A DNA stretch of 64,000 nt, from the NCBI RefSeq assembly GCF_000143415.4, contig NW_003314284.1, positions 1,346,693 through 1,410,692 on the forward strand. The letters are read 5' to 3'. The translations under genes were made by a program, and so were the position numbers. Below the pieces are notes generated by a model. That model did no database searches, was not told where the DNA came from, and was given only the letters and a program-made list of their open reading frames with translations. Each line of letters opens with the position of its first letter. The first letter of the stretch is position 1. Source of the DNA: Selaginella moellendorffii. Taxonomy: Eukaryota; Plantae; Lycopodiophyta. This document shows positions 29,626-42,494 of this stretch, in pieces.

Positions 29626-32570
29626 TTAGTGGCCTTTGCTGGGACTAAAGGCGCCAGCGACGAACAGCAAGTTCCTCCTAGAAAACTACAGTGGAAAATA
29701 ACGGTGTAAATCAGCGTGTAACTACAAAGAAAAAGCGTGTTGTTACTCACTCTTAGTGTGTAGATTGGAGTCGATTTGGTTGGCAGTGTCTTCAACAATC
29801 GCAATCTCCTTGTTCTGCACAAACAGAGAATAAAAAAAACAAATACAAAGCTCTCAGAGCTTTAAAAGAAGATGATTAAAATACTCACTTGTCTGCAGTG
29901 ACTTTAGAGCTCCCGTTCACATCCCACAGTCTGACAGTGTTATCAGCGGAACCAGAAGCCAGAATGGACCCTTCGCCACTGGAGGAAAAAAAATCAAGAA
30001 AAAAATCAATCGTTTTTCTCCAGAGGCTCTTGCTACCTGAAAGCGAGGCTCCAAACGCAGCCGGTGTGACCCAGCAGAGGAGTCACGCAGCGGCTGGATG
30101 CCAAATCCCACATCATAATGGCCCCATCCTCGTCACCCGATGCCATGAAGAGTCCATCAGGGGACATGGCAATCGACACGATCATCGACCTGTGGCCTGT
30201 GAAAATGCGTACACACTCTCCAGTTTGTACGTCCCACAGCCTGACAGTCTTGTCGCTTGAGCCTGTAGCAATATAATTGCAATTGACATGCCACTGCACG
30301 CACTGCAAACGCATGCAGCAACTCGCTCAAGTTTATGCGAGGGAGAGAAACGACATAAGCGGAAAGGTAGAACTTACATCCACGTCTGAGAGATGGCCAG
30401 CCATTATCCTCAGCGGTTGCAATCTATCCATGGACCACACTCTTGCAGTCCGGTCGTAAGACGCGCTCGCGAAATAATGTCCCACTGGACTATACTGCAA
30501 GAGTAGCCGGAGATCAGACCGACTATAAGGCCAAAAGCCTGTCATACCTGAACATCCCAGACGGGATAGTTATGTCCTTTGTAGCAAGCTAAGTTGGCAT
30601 TCAGCCTGGTGCTCCAAAGGCGTACTTCAAGACAGATAGCAAAACGTTTAGCAAGCTCCTGCAAAGACCAAGATAACTCACTTGTACAATCTCCTGATGC
30701 TGATAGCAGTGAATCACCCTCAGGGCTAAAGTCCACACCATATACTGGGCCAGCATGTCCAACCAATCGTATGTAGCTGGAACTGCGACCCTCAAACTGG
30801 CCCTTGCCTACAAAACTGACGAATTGATGTTGGTCTTTTATTTAGAGACTGCTTACCAGCATCCGAATACATTGAAGGCTCGCCCATCTTTACCATGTCC
30901 CAGAGCTATAAGAAGTTTCTAAAGTCAATACACGCAACGAATAACAATTATAGACGTACCTTAATTGCCGAATCAGAGAATCCTCCAGCCAGATAAGCAC
31001 CGTCTGCTGATATTGAAGCACAGTTCAGGCTGCCAGTGGCTCCAAGTTCACCAAATCATTCTCAAAACTCATCATGCATCCAAACCTGTTGTTTGTGTTC
31101 ACAAATGTGTAACAGCTCACTGATGGCAACGCAGTGCTTCCGAGCTTGACTCTATTACGCAGGTCATCCAGAGCTTGCCGTTCAAAGTCGTCAGTCCTGC
31201 AGAGAAGCCAGTTCAAATTCCTCGTGTTGCAGAATTGAAAAGCTTACAGCAGTGGCATCGTCAACTCCGGCTTCAATCGGGGGACAGATCTGGCAGCCGG
31301 TTCGGCCTTTAATCCTTTACCTGCTTTGTCCCTTTTCACTCTCTTTACTTTCCCGTCGGCAGCTCGTTTCTAAGAATCAATCTCGTAAGACGATGGATAT
31401 CACAAAGGAAAAACAAGGAAATCGCGCACTTTAGCTTCGTCTGTTTCCGCATCTTTATCCGCGTCAGCCTTCTCCAGCTCTGCCGCTATTTGCTTCTCAA
31501 ACTTATCTTCCAAGGATCCTTCAAGAATCTGCATAAAGAAAATGAAGGTCCAGCCCAACCAGAAAGGAAATTTACCCACCCCCCAGTGAATCTCCTTTTG
31601 ATTTGTCGCTTCAACCACTGCCTGGACCTTTGCAGGAAGAGAGCTAGATTCATCATCGTCCACTAAAGCTGCTGGTTGCCCAGGAAGGACTGCTTTCAAC
31701 AACCTGAAAGAGTTAGTCCAATGGAACCGACAAACTAGAGACGACCTTTCAAGTTGATATGTGAATTGACGATCCCAAGCATTAACATTGATTCTGTGCT
31801 CTGGAGATATTGCAGAAGTAACTCGAAAGAATACTGCATTTTAAACGGGATTATGAGCATTCCAGTTGCAGCACGAAATTTCTACCTGGCACATCTTGAC
31901 GTGTACTTTGTTCTCTTGAAGCGTGCATGCAGTCTCGTTTTCCTACGAAAAAACCAGAACCTTGAGACTCCAAGCTCGACCCTTAAAAGGAAAGCTACCT
32001 GGAGGTGCTGAGGAGTAATCACTCCCTCTAGTTTCTGAAGATCTCTTATATGTTGCGGTTGATGGTCATCCCGAAAACTTTGGAAGAATTCTCGTGCTGT
32101 AACTTTCCCCTCAGCGGGAAAACAACCATGCCAAATGGAACAGCGTACCTTCTTGCGCGAAACCTTTCGCCACCAATTCCATGTAACAGTGCACAAACAC
32201 CGGATAGAGTATACGAAGTAGCTCAGTCTGCCACAGAGAGAAAAATTCACAAAACCTTGAAAACAAGCAAGAGCTGCAATAAGAACCTTGTAGAGATCCA
32301 GAGAAGAGTGAACCCAGTTTCGGAGCTTACTATAGCTCTCCTTGTACCGCCCAGCCTCATTGTCAGCTCTAAGAATTTAGCACGCAATGCTGATCAAAAC
32401 CCTACACGCTAGAGAAGAGATTACCTGGAATGGTTGATAATGTGGCTGATGGCGCCAGACGTATCGCTATTCTGCTTCTGCTGCTCCTGGAGCAGCGCAA
32501 TCTCGGCGACGCGGTACTTCTTGCGCCGCAGGTACTCTAGCACGACCTTCTCCTCTGCGTCCTCCTCCAT
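29626..32570 (-). CDS. TAF5: Transcription initiation factor TFIID subunit 5 (LisH-like N-terminus, NTD2, WD40 repeats), multi-exon
   Basis: MEEDAEEKVVLEYLRRKKY, LPSVSCYTFVN, GHAGPVYGVDFSP, YKGHNYPVWDV, HYFASASYDRTARVWSMDRLQPLRIMAGHLSDVD, NYIATGSSDKTVRLWD, LPTKSTPIYTLR-FSRRNLL. Confidence 0.93.
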
Positions 32571-33079
32571 CGGAAGAACCCTAAAACCCCTTAACAATAT
32601 TAGAACCGGAGTCGAACCCGCAACCTCCTCCGCCCTAGTTAGCCCCAGGCATCATTCATGCATACATAGCCGACAATGCCATAGCCGACAAGGTGAGGTG
32701 GCGCCTGTGCACCCTGGAAGGCAGGCACGCGCGGACATCATGTCGCACGACTCCCCTCACGCCACATGCATGATCATCATCAACACCATCATGACCATCG
32801 TCGCCACCATGATGACAACCATGAGAGAGAGGGCGCAGCGCAGGCAGGAGAAAACGCGAGGCAACCATCATACCGCCAGTGCCAATGTATGATTGACCGC
32901 CGAGGGGCGCAACGTGTCCGCCACGTGGTTCCATTCGGCCCAATCACCGGCGGGTATTCCGCGGGGACCACGTGAGTCAGCACCAGTCCGTACCGTTGGG
33001 CGGTTGGATCCCATTATGGAGCATGTGGAAGATTCAAAGCCTTCTTTCCTCAAACTAAATCGCCTCTGCTGGCCAACAA

Positions 33080-33340
33080 TCAATCAGTCGCGAAAATCAT
33101 ACCAATAGTACAGTAAAATCTCATGACCATTGTGAAATCTCAAACCAAAAATTTCCTCCATCGATCTCGAACCAAATCTCCACGCCCAAATCAATCGCGA
33201 AAATCTCCAATAGTAAGTAAAAATAGAAATTTCCTCGATTCATCAAGGTCTTAAATCACCTCGCCCACCAAACCAATCGCGGCCGCAGCCAATAAATTCT
33301 CATGACCATCGTGAAAACCAAAAATTCCTCTCGATCTCGG
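33080..33340. repeat. Degenerate local duplications
   Basis: Repeated blocks tcgcgaaaatc..ccaatagta..gtaaaa and ctcatgaccat.gtgaaa..ccaaaaatt.ctc..cgatctcg. Confidence 0.55.
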
Positions 33341-34015
33341 TCCGTTGAATTCTCAGTCTTCTACGCTTCACCGCTAATTAGTCAAAACTCCAATCCAAGC
33401 AGCCGATGGCTATGAACACGTCCAGTCTACCTAGAGCAGTACACAAACTCTCACACGCGGCTAGCGTTAGTAGAGTAGTAGTAGCAGTCAGGTATGCCCG
33501 CCCTGGTCACGCATTAAATCACTTTTGTAAACACGAGATCCAGCGCCACGCAGTAAGAATGGATAAAAAAGGAAAAGCTCATTCAAAATCATCATCATTC
33601 ATGGCGATTGCATCACACACACACACGGCCCACTCATCATGATTCGTGCATGACTCATGCATGGCCCATGCATCTCCATGCATGCCCCCATTCAAGCTTA
33701 AACTTGATTTGATCAACTTGTCTATCTTCTTCCTCGTGGCTACTACCGCTCACAAGTCTCGAGTGAGCGAATTCCTGCGAATAATTTACACGAGCGAGCG
33801 CAAGAGCGCAAGAGCAGCAAAACAGCAGCAACAGTCCACAAGCAAGATAGATGCCACTGTCCTAAGTACCGCGGAATTCTTGTACCGCATGTAGAAACAA
33901 GCTTTACAAACACACACACACACCACATTTGTGTTGTTGAATCTCGGCACACCTCACGGGTCGCGCACGACTTCCTTCCTTTGCTGGGCTTGGCCCCATC
34001 CAAACTGTGGCTGGC

Positions 34016-34016
<1 letters not shown>

Positions 34017-34050
<34 letters not shown>
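34017..34050. repeat. (GA)n microsatellite
   Basis: Uninterrupted GA run. Confidence 0.95.
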
Positions 34051-34053
<3 letters not shown>

Positions 34054-34529
34054 TGTGTGTGTGAAAGGTTTTTTTGTGCTTGGGTGTAAGTACATATGTA
34101 TTTCTTGCTCTGTGTGGAAGAAGAAAATTTGTGTGTGAATGATTTCTCTGAGCCTGACTCGCTGCTTGCTGACTGATGACTGACCCATCCACTCAACTGA
34201 CTGTCCAAATTTTTCCAGCCTTTGCTTTTGACTTTGCCAAAGGCCAGGCGAGAGACAAGCCAAGCCCAGCTTTGCTTGCTCGCTTAAAATCGTCCCAAAA
34301 GTACGATAGCGATGACTCACAGTTGTTCTTGCTTGCTTTGCTTGCTTGCTGGTGCGAGTGTGAGTGCGTGTGTGTGTGTGGAGTGATCATGATCGAACGC
34401 GCGCAAGTTGGTAGTATATCCAGTCAGAAAGAAACTTTTGGAAACCTTCCACTTTTGGTCGCCATGGAACAGAGATCGGCCCTCGGATCTATCACCACTT
34501 TGCCGCTGGGTCGGGATGATCTTGGATGA

Positions 34530-35963
34530 TCAATCTCGCTTGCTTCGCTCGCGCGGAATCAGCTCTGGTAGGCGGCGGGGGGCTGGGAGTGAGGCGCGAA
34601 GTGATGGCCGCCGCCGATGGCTCCTGCTGCTTGTTGTTGAAGGTGGTGGGGGTGGTGGGATTTGGAGAAAGATGGTGGGATGTGGCCGGATCTGGTGTCC
34701 ACCGCCGCCAATCTCTCGCAGGATGGGCACATTGTAAGCGTGGCTGCAGGGAGCGGCATGTAAAAGTCCTGGGAGATGACGCAGGGAGGAGGGACTTTGA
34801 TGGCGCGGAGCTCCTGGAGCTCCTTTTGGAGCCGCCGGTTCTCCTCGGTCAGCGTCTCGCAGCAGCGCTTGAGGAGCTCGCAGTCGATCTCGGTCTGCTT
34901 GAGCTTGGTCCTGCAAGAACAAGAGAAACGAGATGAGCATCGATAGAAACGAGAAAAGAGAGCTTTGATCTTCTCCTACCTTGCGCGACGATTTTGGAAC
35001 CAGACTTCTACTTGGCGAGGCCTCAAATTGAGATGCTTGGCCAGTGCGTTCTTTTGCTTCTGCGAGAGCGAGAAAGAAAGAAAAAGATCCAGTCAGTCGA
35101 ATAGATCGAAACGAGATGAGACGTTCTTCCACTCTCCAACTCACCGGATTGAGAGTGCTGTGCTCTTTGAAACTCTTCTCGAGGAGAGCCGACTGCTCCT
35201 TGGATAGGCGGAGCTTCTTGCGCGGAGCTCCATCCTCCTCGTCACTCCCCCTGGAGCTGACTTCGCAATTGGCACGATCGCCAGCATCGCCGTCGCCGCC
35301 GCCGCTGGGGCGCGGATCTCTCTCCCTCTTGATGTTGACACTGCTGCTCTCGCCGCCCTTGCGAGCAATGTCGAACGCGAACGCGCCGGCGCTGCCGCCG
35401 GGCGAGACGCTGCAGCTCCGCGGGGACGATGCCCCTCCATCCACGTCCGCAGGGATCTCATTCATGTCGATGCCGCGCGGCGGCCCCGGCGACGCCCCCC
35501 TGCTCGACGAGTGCGTCTCAGGCGCAGCGATTTCCTCGCAATCTACACAGAAAGAAATGAATAATCGGTGAGAAACCCATCAAGACCCATTACTGGGATC
35601 GTCAATCTCACCATTGTGGATCCCCGAGCTCGCCGCTCCTCCAAACAGCGACTGCCGAGTGAGCTGCGACACGCAAGAGACGGGCGGTGGCGATTCGGTG
35701 TTGTGATTCGAGGCCGCCATCGCTGGCACCGCTGGAGCTCTCGGCAAGAGATCCAGCTGCACTGGAAAAGATCTTTGCTGCTGCTGCTGCTGCTGGTGAT
35801 GGTGATACTGCGCGGCCATCGCCATCTCGATCTCCTCCCTCCGCACGGCGCAAGAATTCTTGGCCATCGCGAAGCAGCTGCTGGTGGCAGTGTCGAGGCC
35901 CAGTGTGAGACCACTCGACATTGCTCGGAGGCGCTCGTGGTGGCTCTCCTCCCGTCGGAACAT
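34530..35963 (-). CDS. Class II HD-Zip transcription factor (HAT/ATHB2-like), 4 exons; start codon uncertain
   Basis: EAR motif [13 protein letters not shown], homeodomain [54 protein letters not shown], zipper [25 protein letters not shown] motif. Confidence 0.93.
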
Positions 35964-36242
35964 GGCGGCGCCGCTGCTCCTCCCGCCCACCTCTAGCGAC
36001 AACATGGGAAGCAAGAACGAGAAGGAACAAGATCCCCTCTTCGTTTTCCCTGATCTCTTGTGCTGGCTCGCTAAAACACGAAGAAGGCCGTGCGTGCGTG
36101 TGCTATCACTCCTCACAGCCAAACAAGAAATTTTCAAATCTCTCAACGGAGAAATCTAGAGCTCGCTGTGGCCTGCTAGCGATGATCCCACTGGAAGCTC
36201 TCTCGATCGATAATGTAGGGTTAAAAACCCTGGACCGTTTGG

Positions 36243-36651
36243 TTTTATAAAGAGAGGCCACCCAAATTACCGGGCATTCCCCCTGGCCAAAACAGTGTGG
36301 CCACCCGCCCGGCCATCCACGTCAGCAGCGCAGTAGCCGTTGACGGCATTGACGGACGGAGGCCCAGCCAACGACGTTCCGTTAGGATAACGCGCGGTAG
36401 CTACAAGCCACATGGCACAATCGTACCGTACGAATGTGTGACCACGTGAGTGGGCCCCGGTGGCAGCGTCCACGTGAAGCTGCCGGCGGGGGCGCGAATG
36501 ATGGGAGGACAGGAGCGCGGCAGCCAATGATGAGGCCGCGATGAGTGGGCCGTCCCCTGACAAGCCGGCGTGTCGAGCGTGGCAGCGTACGAAGCGGCCA
36601 CGTCAGGTTGTCGGCCTTGAGGGGGCAGGCCGGGAGCACACACAATCATTG
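36243..36651 (-). promoter_or_regulatory. HD-Zip II proximal promoter: TATA, G-boxes, TCP-like site, HD-Zip site
   Basis: TATAAAA (minus strand) 36243-36249; CACGTG 36443 and 36471; GTGGGCCC 36450; CCACGTCA x2; CAATCATTG 36643-36651. Confidence 0.6.
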
Positions 36652-39600
36652 GGAAGAGCATATCCATCCCACTTTATTCATTCAAATCAATCAGCGCAAC
36701 CAAACCAACCAGACCATAGGAAAGAAGAAACCACATATGATTAAACGAGGGAATATAGAAATGCCGCTGCTTTGGGCCTGTGCGGTGGCGGGCTGACTCG
36801 CGGCGGATTTGTGATTGCAGCAAGAATACATTAGAAAAATAACCACGCACACGCAACATATGTGGACATGATTCGTACGTATGGTGAAACTTTTTCAACC
36901 ATACTTTAACCCCATTTTTCTTATTAACCCTTTGGTCCGGGTTGGAAGCAGCAGCCCCCACGCTCTGTTTTTACGGTGGCGGTGAAATGTTCTTGTTCCG
37001 TGTGGCTGCCTCCGGGGACAAGAACTGACATTGCTTGCGGTAAATGTGCACAGCAAGGGAGAAAGAATTGTCCCACCCGACCCAGCTCCAACCCCCGCAC
37101 CACCACCAAAGCGTCCCCACAGAGTCGCAAGAAACTCATCGATTAGAGAATCACGCTTCTACTGCTGGCGTGTTGGTTCCGACCGACCCGACCCAACCGG
37201 CCGTCCGACCGACCCAAAAATCTCGTCTCATCGTCGGAAGGGAAGAATCATAGAGAATTTCTTTCACCGTCACCTTTTGCTTCATCCACACACATGCAAT
37301 CACTTGGAGTGATTGTTGACAATGGGGGCGGATAGAAAAAGAGAGAGAGAGAGAGAGGAGAGTGGGGTCATTCACTCACACGTCCCCCTTTTTCTTGCTT
37401 TGCCTTTTAACTTTTGCTTTGCTGCTGCTCGCTAGTAGTTTGTTGGTTGGTTAGTTGGACCCCACGGCAATAATTTTTGACCCCATGGGTGAGTCCACCA
37501 CCCCCGAAGAAGTGGAAACAAACATTCGGAAAATGGGAGGGAAATTCTGTGCTCATTGGCCATTGCCGGTAACGTTTTGCTTTTGCTTGCATTCCAAGGT
37601 AAAATAGGACTTGTCGTTATGATATCATCAATCAATCAAGCGGTGGTGGAACACTTGGAGATGATGGATGAATTCATTCGTCGGGTTTTGTTCTCTTCCT
37701 CTTGGCCTCTTCTGTTGGAACAGCAATACCAAAGATTCAACCAGATGGACGCCCGTGAGGCCTTTCGTTTGTTTTTGTCTGAGCAAGCGAGTGGATGTAT
37801 GATCTCTTCTAGGCTGCGAGTGTGTACTCATCTCCAACTCGAAAACTTCACCCAGCCTTCAAAAGCCCCGCCTACACGTCGATCTCTCCGTCAACCTTTT
37901 AAACAAAGGTAAATGTTGCGCAAGGTGGCAATCAGTCCTATCCAGCCTTCATTTGGCCACTGCTTCAAATTTGAAGCTCAAAGTTGACGTCGATCACGAG
38001 TTTCGATTGTTAAAAACGAGGAGCTTCATCTCCATTTTTCTCATCTTAGAAAACGAGGAACACGTCAAGCTAAGACTTAATGAGAGAAACAAAAGGGGAT
38101 TAAACCATAGATGCTTTCCAAGCAAGAAAGACCTTGTCCATCCTTGTCTGAGCTAGAGGGTCTCGTGTGGGCCTCTTTCCTTTTCCTTTACAGCATTTAC
38201 AAGGGAGTGAATGAATCAATGGTCTGATCCCATTGTCAATCCCATAATAGATCTGTGTTGGTTGGAGAAGAGAAAGGTGCCTGATGCTCGCTAGCTATAA
38301 ATTCCCTGGAAATTGATTGAAATCATACACATTCCGCCCCTTTGTTTGTTCCAGTCCCTTGTCACTCATTCATTTCACTCATTTCCTCAAGAATGGTCGA
38401 TGGATGCATAGATGAAAAAAAAGCTCTATGATCACACAACGGTAGGAGCCCACGCTTTCAATATGTGTAGTTGGAAGAGCACACATACACACAGAACGCA
38501 GTAGTCTCTTACACACAACAACCTCATCGTTTTCCCGATTGCTTTTGCTGCTCTCTCGCTTTTGGTACACGCCACGCCAAGCTCACGCCACTGAAAAAAA
38601 TACACATATATTTCTTTTCTCATGAAGCCAGTAGCTTTGGTTTTGGTTGTGGTCACCAGCCTACAACACTTTGTACACTGACTGGTTGATTGGGAGGATC
38701 CCTCCAAATTGACGTTTATATCTCTTTTTTATCTCTTTGGACCAACATAGCGATCCAAACCAGGCGATATAAACCTTCAGGAGCAGTGACCAGAGCCAAA
38801 TTGGTACGCAGGTGACCATACCAGTCGACACAAGCAAGACTTGGAAAAAATCTTCCAGATCGAATCAAAAGAGCCTTGCTAAAGTTCTGGCAATCAACTG
38901 TAGAGCTCTCAGGCTCAGCCCATACATGTATAACGTGAAGCCATGATAGTTTGGAAACGAAAGTTTGTGGCCGGCTTGTCGGCCTGAGAGATATGTCGGT
39001 GATTCGGCTGCCGGCCGGCGGTCCCCCACTGGCCGGCGACCGGCCCCTTATCATGGGGTCATGAATTATTGGATTTGTATCTCCGGGGTCGAATATGCGC
39101 GCGCAACTTGCCCAATGATACAGCAAAAGTGTAGAGAAATGTGGGCGTGTAATGCCAGATGGGGACATTTGGAGTTTGGAGCATATGCATTTCCACAGAG
39201 TTTCTTTCCTTTTCTTTTCCAACACCTCCCAGAGCACAACGAGCTTAGACTACTCAAAACAATTGCAATCACGTTATCATAGTTTTATGACTGGGCATTT
39301 TGGGCAAGCAACCCTCACTCACACCAACACCAAAGTGAAACATTAGATTCTCTGTTTGGATTTGTTGCATAATTCCATTGCTTGTTGTCGTTGGTCAGCT
39401 TGGGAGCTTGCGGGTGGTGTGGGGTCAAAGTCATGTGAATCATATGACGTGCCCCGCTTAACTCAAACTTTAATCAGGCTTTTGGCTGCAAACAAAGCCA
39501 TCCAGAGAACAATCACATGATTGACGCTGCCGAATCATGTCGGGCAGCAAAGCGCAGCCGCCAATCAGAGGATGCCAAAATTTAAAATAATCGCGAGGCT

Positions 39601-40572
39601 CCACCCAATCAACCCAAAAGTGCACGTGTGTGCTCGCGACGGTCTTTTCTCCATTTTCTTAGGTTTTAGACGAGCCACTCCACTCCACTGGGAGTTCTAA
39701 AACACCTCGACAACGACTTAAAGAATCAACGAAAAGTTAGCTCTAGAAGATGCATCACCAAGACACTTTAGTTCTTTCTTATCCACGGGAGTGAGAGGTC
39801 TTTCTCGATCACATAGTAGTAGTCGTAGTAGTAGGGAGGGCGATTCGTATGGGTGTCTTTTCTTCCCTCTTTCTTCCAATTTTCAACACCACATTCAATC
39901 AATCGCTCGATTCCTTCCCAGAGCTCTTTAAGGGGGCATTTCCCACTGCATGGCAGCTTTGTAAGGTACTTTGGTTGGCCAGCAACACATTCTAACCTTC
40001 CCGCCTATCCAATCCATTACACACTTGTACGCAAGACACGCAGAAAGGCAAAAAGGTGGTGCCTTCTAACCTATTATATCGTGCACCCATAACATTCATG
40101 GCCATTGTCATAAGCATATGCCCTTGTCGGCCATGGGCATGGAATCCCATGGCATGCATGGCCGCGAATAAATGCCCACATACATGCTATCCATGCATCC
40201 ACATGTTGGTACATAAATGCATCCCCTCCAACCCAATAATGCACGCCAATAAATATCGTTCGTTCCCACGTTACCGGTGCCGGGAAAGCAAGAAATTGAG
40301 ATTCCTGGCTGGCACTGACCGGCCGGTTGGTAGAAGGAGTGCTCTCCAGTGCCACGTCACCTTGTCGCGGGCCAGGGGGACAGCTACCCTGACGGTGACT
40401 GTGACGGGGAGCGACCCCTCCGGAGGCCCGCGGTCAAATCAGTCAGCCATTAAACGCCATCATGAGGTGATATGTACGTAGCTCGGAGAGCATCATACGG
40501 TAGAGTAGCGTAGATCACGCTCCGGTTCCGAGGAATATCTCTTCCGTACAGAAAAGTACGCGATCTTAGTGA

Positions 40573-42261
40573 TCACCTTGAGTGAATGCTGGAGAGCAGC
40601 ACGTACGGCGCCGAATCCTTGAGCTCCATGTTGAAGACCTTGCCCGCTGCTTGAGCCCCGCGCTGGGAATCGTGGTGCATCTTGCAGCCGTTGAGAAGCG
40701 CGAGCCACACGGCGTCGTCCTTGAGAGGCATGAGCTTGATCACGTCCTCGGCCTCGTTGAGCCAGCCCGCACGGCCCATGAGATCCACCAGGCATCCGAA
40801 GTGCTCCACGTCCGGTTGGATCCCATACTCTGGAAGCATCGATCCAAAGCACTTCACCGCCGGCTCCAGCAGCCCCGCATGGCTGAAGGCGTAGAGAACA
40901 TTGACAAAGGTGATAGGGTTTGTGCCGATACCCTCCTGTTGCATGAGGGCAAAGGTGTCCACCACCTCGCACACATGCCCACGCTGGGCATATGCCGCGA
41001 GAAGAGTATTCCAAGTGATGATATTTCTACACGCCATGCTGTGGAAAATGCCCTCGGCGTCGTTGACTGTGCCGCATTTCGCGTACATGTTGAGGAGCGA
41101 GGTCCACAGCACGACCCCAGACTCGGAGGTCAACGGGGCGGCGCCGCCTACCATTAGTGTGTGGATTGTCCTCCCCTGCTGCAGCGCCCCCGCAAACGCA
41201 CAGCCCTCTAGCGCGCTCGCGAGCGTCACGCTGTTGGGCTTTACACCCTCAAGGCTCATCTCCCGGAACAGCAGCACCGCCGACGCGCCGTGCCCGTTCT
41301 GGGCATTTGCGGCGATGACGGCGTTCCACGAGACGAGGTTGCGGACGAGCATCGCACGGAAGGCGGCGGTGGCGGCGTCAACGCATCCGCACCTGCCGTA
41401 CATGCTCACTAGTGCGGTGCCGACCATGACGTCGGTCTCCCAGCCGCGGATGCCGGCGTGCACGGATCGCCCCAGTGAGAGGTCCGCGGGGGCGACACAC
41501 GCCGACAGGATGTTGAGGAAGGTGACGGAGTTGGGGCGCACCGGCGAATCCCCGCTGCTCATCACGCGGTACACCTCGAACGCCTCGGCGGTATGCCCGT
41601 TCTGGGCATACGCCGCCACCATGGTGTTCCAGGCCACCACATTCCGCTTGCCGGGGGGCATGGCGTCAAAGGCGTGCCGCGCGTCTTGCGGGCAGCGGCA
41701 GCGACCGTAGACGTGGATCACGGCCGTGAGGACTTGGCAATGGGAGTGGAAACGCGTGTGAAGAATGCGCGCGTGGAGCGAGCGGGCCTCGCGGACGCTT
41801 CTCGTCGCCGCAAGAACTCCCAAGATAGTGATCAAAGTTATCTCGTTGGGCTCCATCCCTTCGCAGTCCATTTGCCGGAAGAGCGATAGCGCCCCGGAAT
41901 GATGCCCGTTCTGGGCATAGGCCGCGATGAGGATGGTCCACGAGAAGACGTTCCGTACGGGGAGGGAGTCAAAGGCGGTCTTGGCGTCGCGCACGCTGCC
42001 GCAGCGGCCGTACATCTGGACGACGAGATTGTTGAGCACGACATTCTTGTCCTGCCCCGAGGAGACAATATGCGCGTGGAGGCGCTTGCCGTAGGAGAGG
42101 GAGCAGTGGCGGAGGAGGGAGGCGTAGTTATCGAAACTAGGCGATGGGAGCTCCAGTTCTTGCGGATCATCCGAGGTGTGCTCCTGGCTGGCGACCGAGT
42201 TGTCGCGATCCACGGGACCTGGAAGCGCCGTGAGTAGTGAGCAGTGGACGCAAATGCCCAT
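40573..42261 (-). CDS. PLS-class pentatricopeptide repeat protein ending in a partial E domain, single exon
   Basis: Repeated MYGRCG...A...FD.MP.RNVVAWN.M..AYAQNGH...A motifs; HFGCLVDLMGRAGWLNEAE, WLALLNGCKMH, APYVLLSSI then stop. Confidence 0.93.
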   Translation of the reverse strand: MGICVHCSLLTALPGPVDRDNSVASQEHTSDDPQELELPSPSFDNYASLLRHCSLSYGKRLHAHIVSSGQDKNVVLNNLVVQMYGRCGSVRDAKTAFDSLPVRNVFSWTILIAAYAQNGHHSGALSLFRQMDCEGMEPNEITLITILGVLAATRSVREARSLHARILHTRFHSHCQVLTAVIHVYGRCRCPQDARHAFDAMPPGKRNVVAWNTMVAAYAQNGHTAEAFEVYRVMSSGDSPVRPNSVTFLNILSACVAPADLSLGRSVHAGIRGWETDVMVGTALVSMYGRCGCVDAATAAFRAMLVRNLVSWNAVIAANAQNGHGASAVLLFREMSLEGVKPNSVTLASALEGCAFAGALQQGRTIHTLMVGGAAPLTSESGVVLWTSLLNMYAKCGTVNDAEGIFHSMACRNIITWNTLLAAYAQRGHVCEVVDTFALMQQEGIGTNPITFVNVLYAFSHAGLLEPAVKCFGSMLPEYGIQPDVEHFGCLVDLMGRAGWLNEAEDVIKLMPLKDDAVWLALLNGCKMHHDSQRGAQAAGKVFNMELKDSAPYVLLSSIHSR

Positions 42262-42494
42262 TCTGGGCAAATGGAGAAAACTTTAGCCCTTTAGAATCGA
42301 GCCATTTGCCATGCGATCGAGACCAACAATGTAACGAATAGCTCCAAAACTTAAAGCACGGTAAGAATTGGACTGTCCAAGAAAATGGCCAGCGAAAGAA
42401 AACAAAAGGGCGCTAGCTTTTCTCCTCGTTCGTCTCGTGCCGATCGTGGATTATAAAAGAATGGGACGCTTTGTTAGTCTCAATGATAAGTGGA

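Noticed and set aside
32640-33010. His-rich or other short ORFs upstream of TAF5
   Set aside because: Low-complexity cat/gat repeats with no splice structure or family motif; probably regulatory.
38716-39282. 173-aa minus-strand ORF and GC hairpin at ~39005-39040
   Set aside because: No motif or codon bias recognised; the stem is too short for a miRNA precursor and no known miRNA was recognised.
40582-41710. Plus-strand ORFs opposite the PPR gene
   Set aside because: Antisense shadows of a GC-rich single-exon gene.
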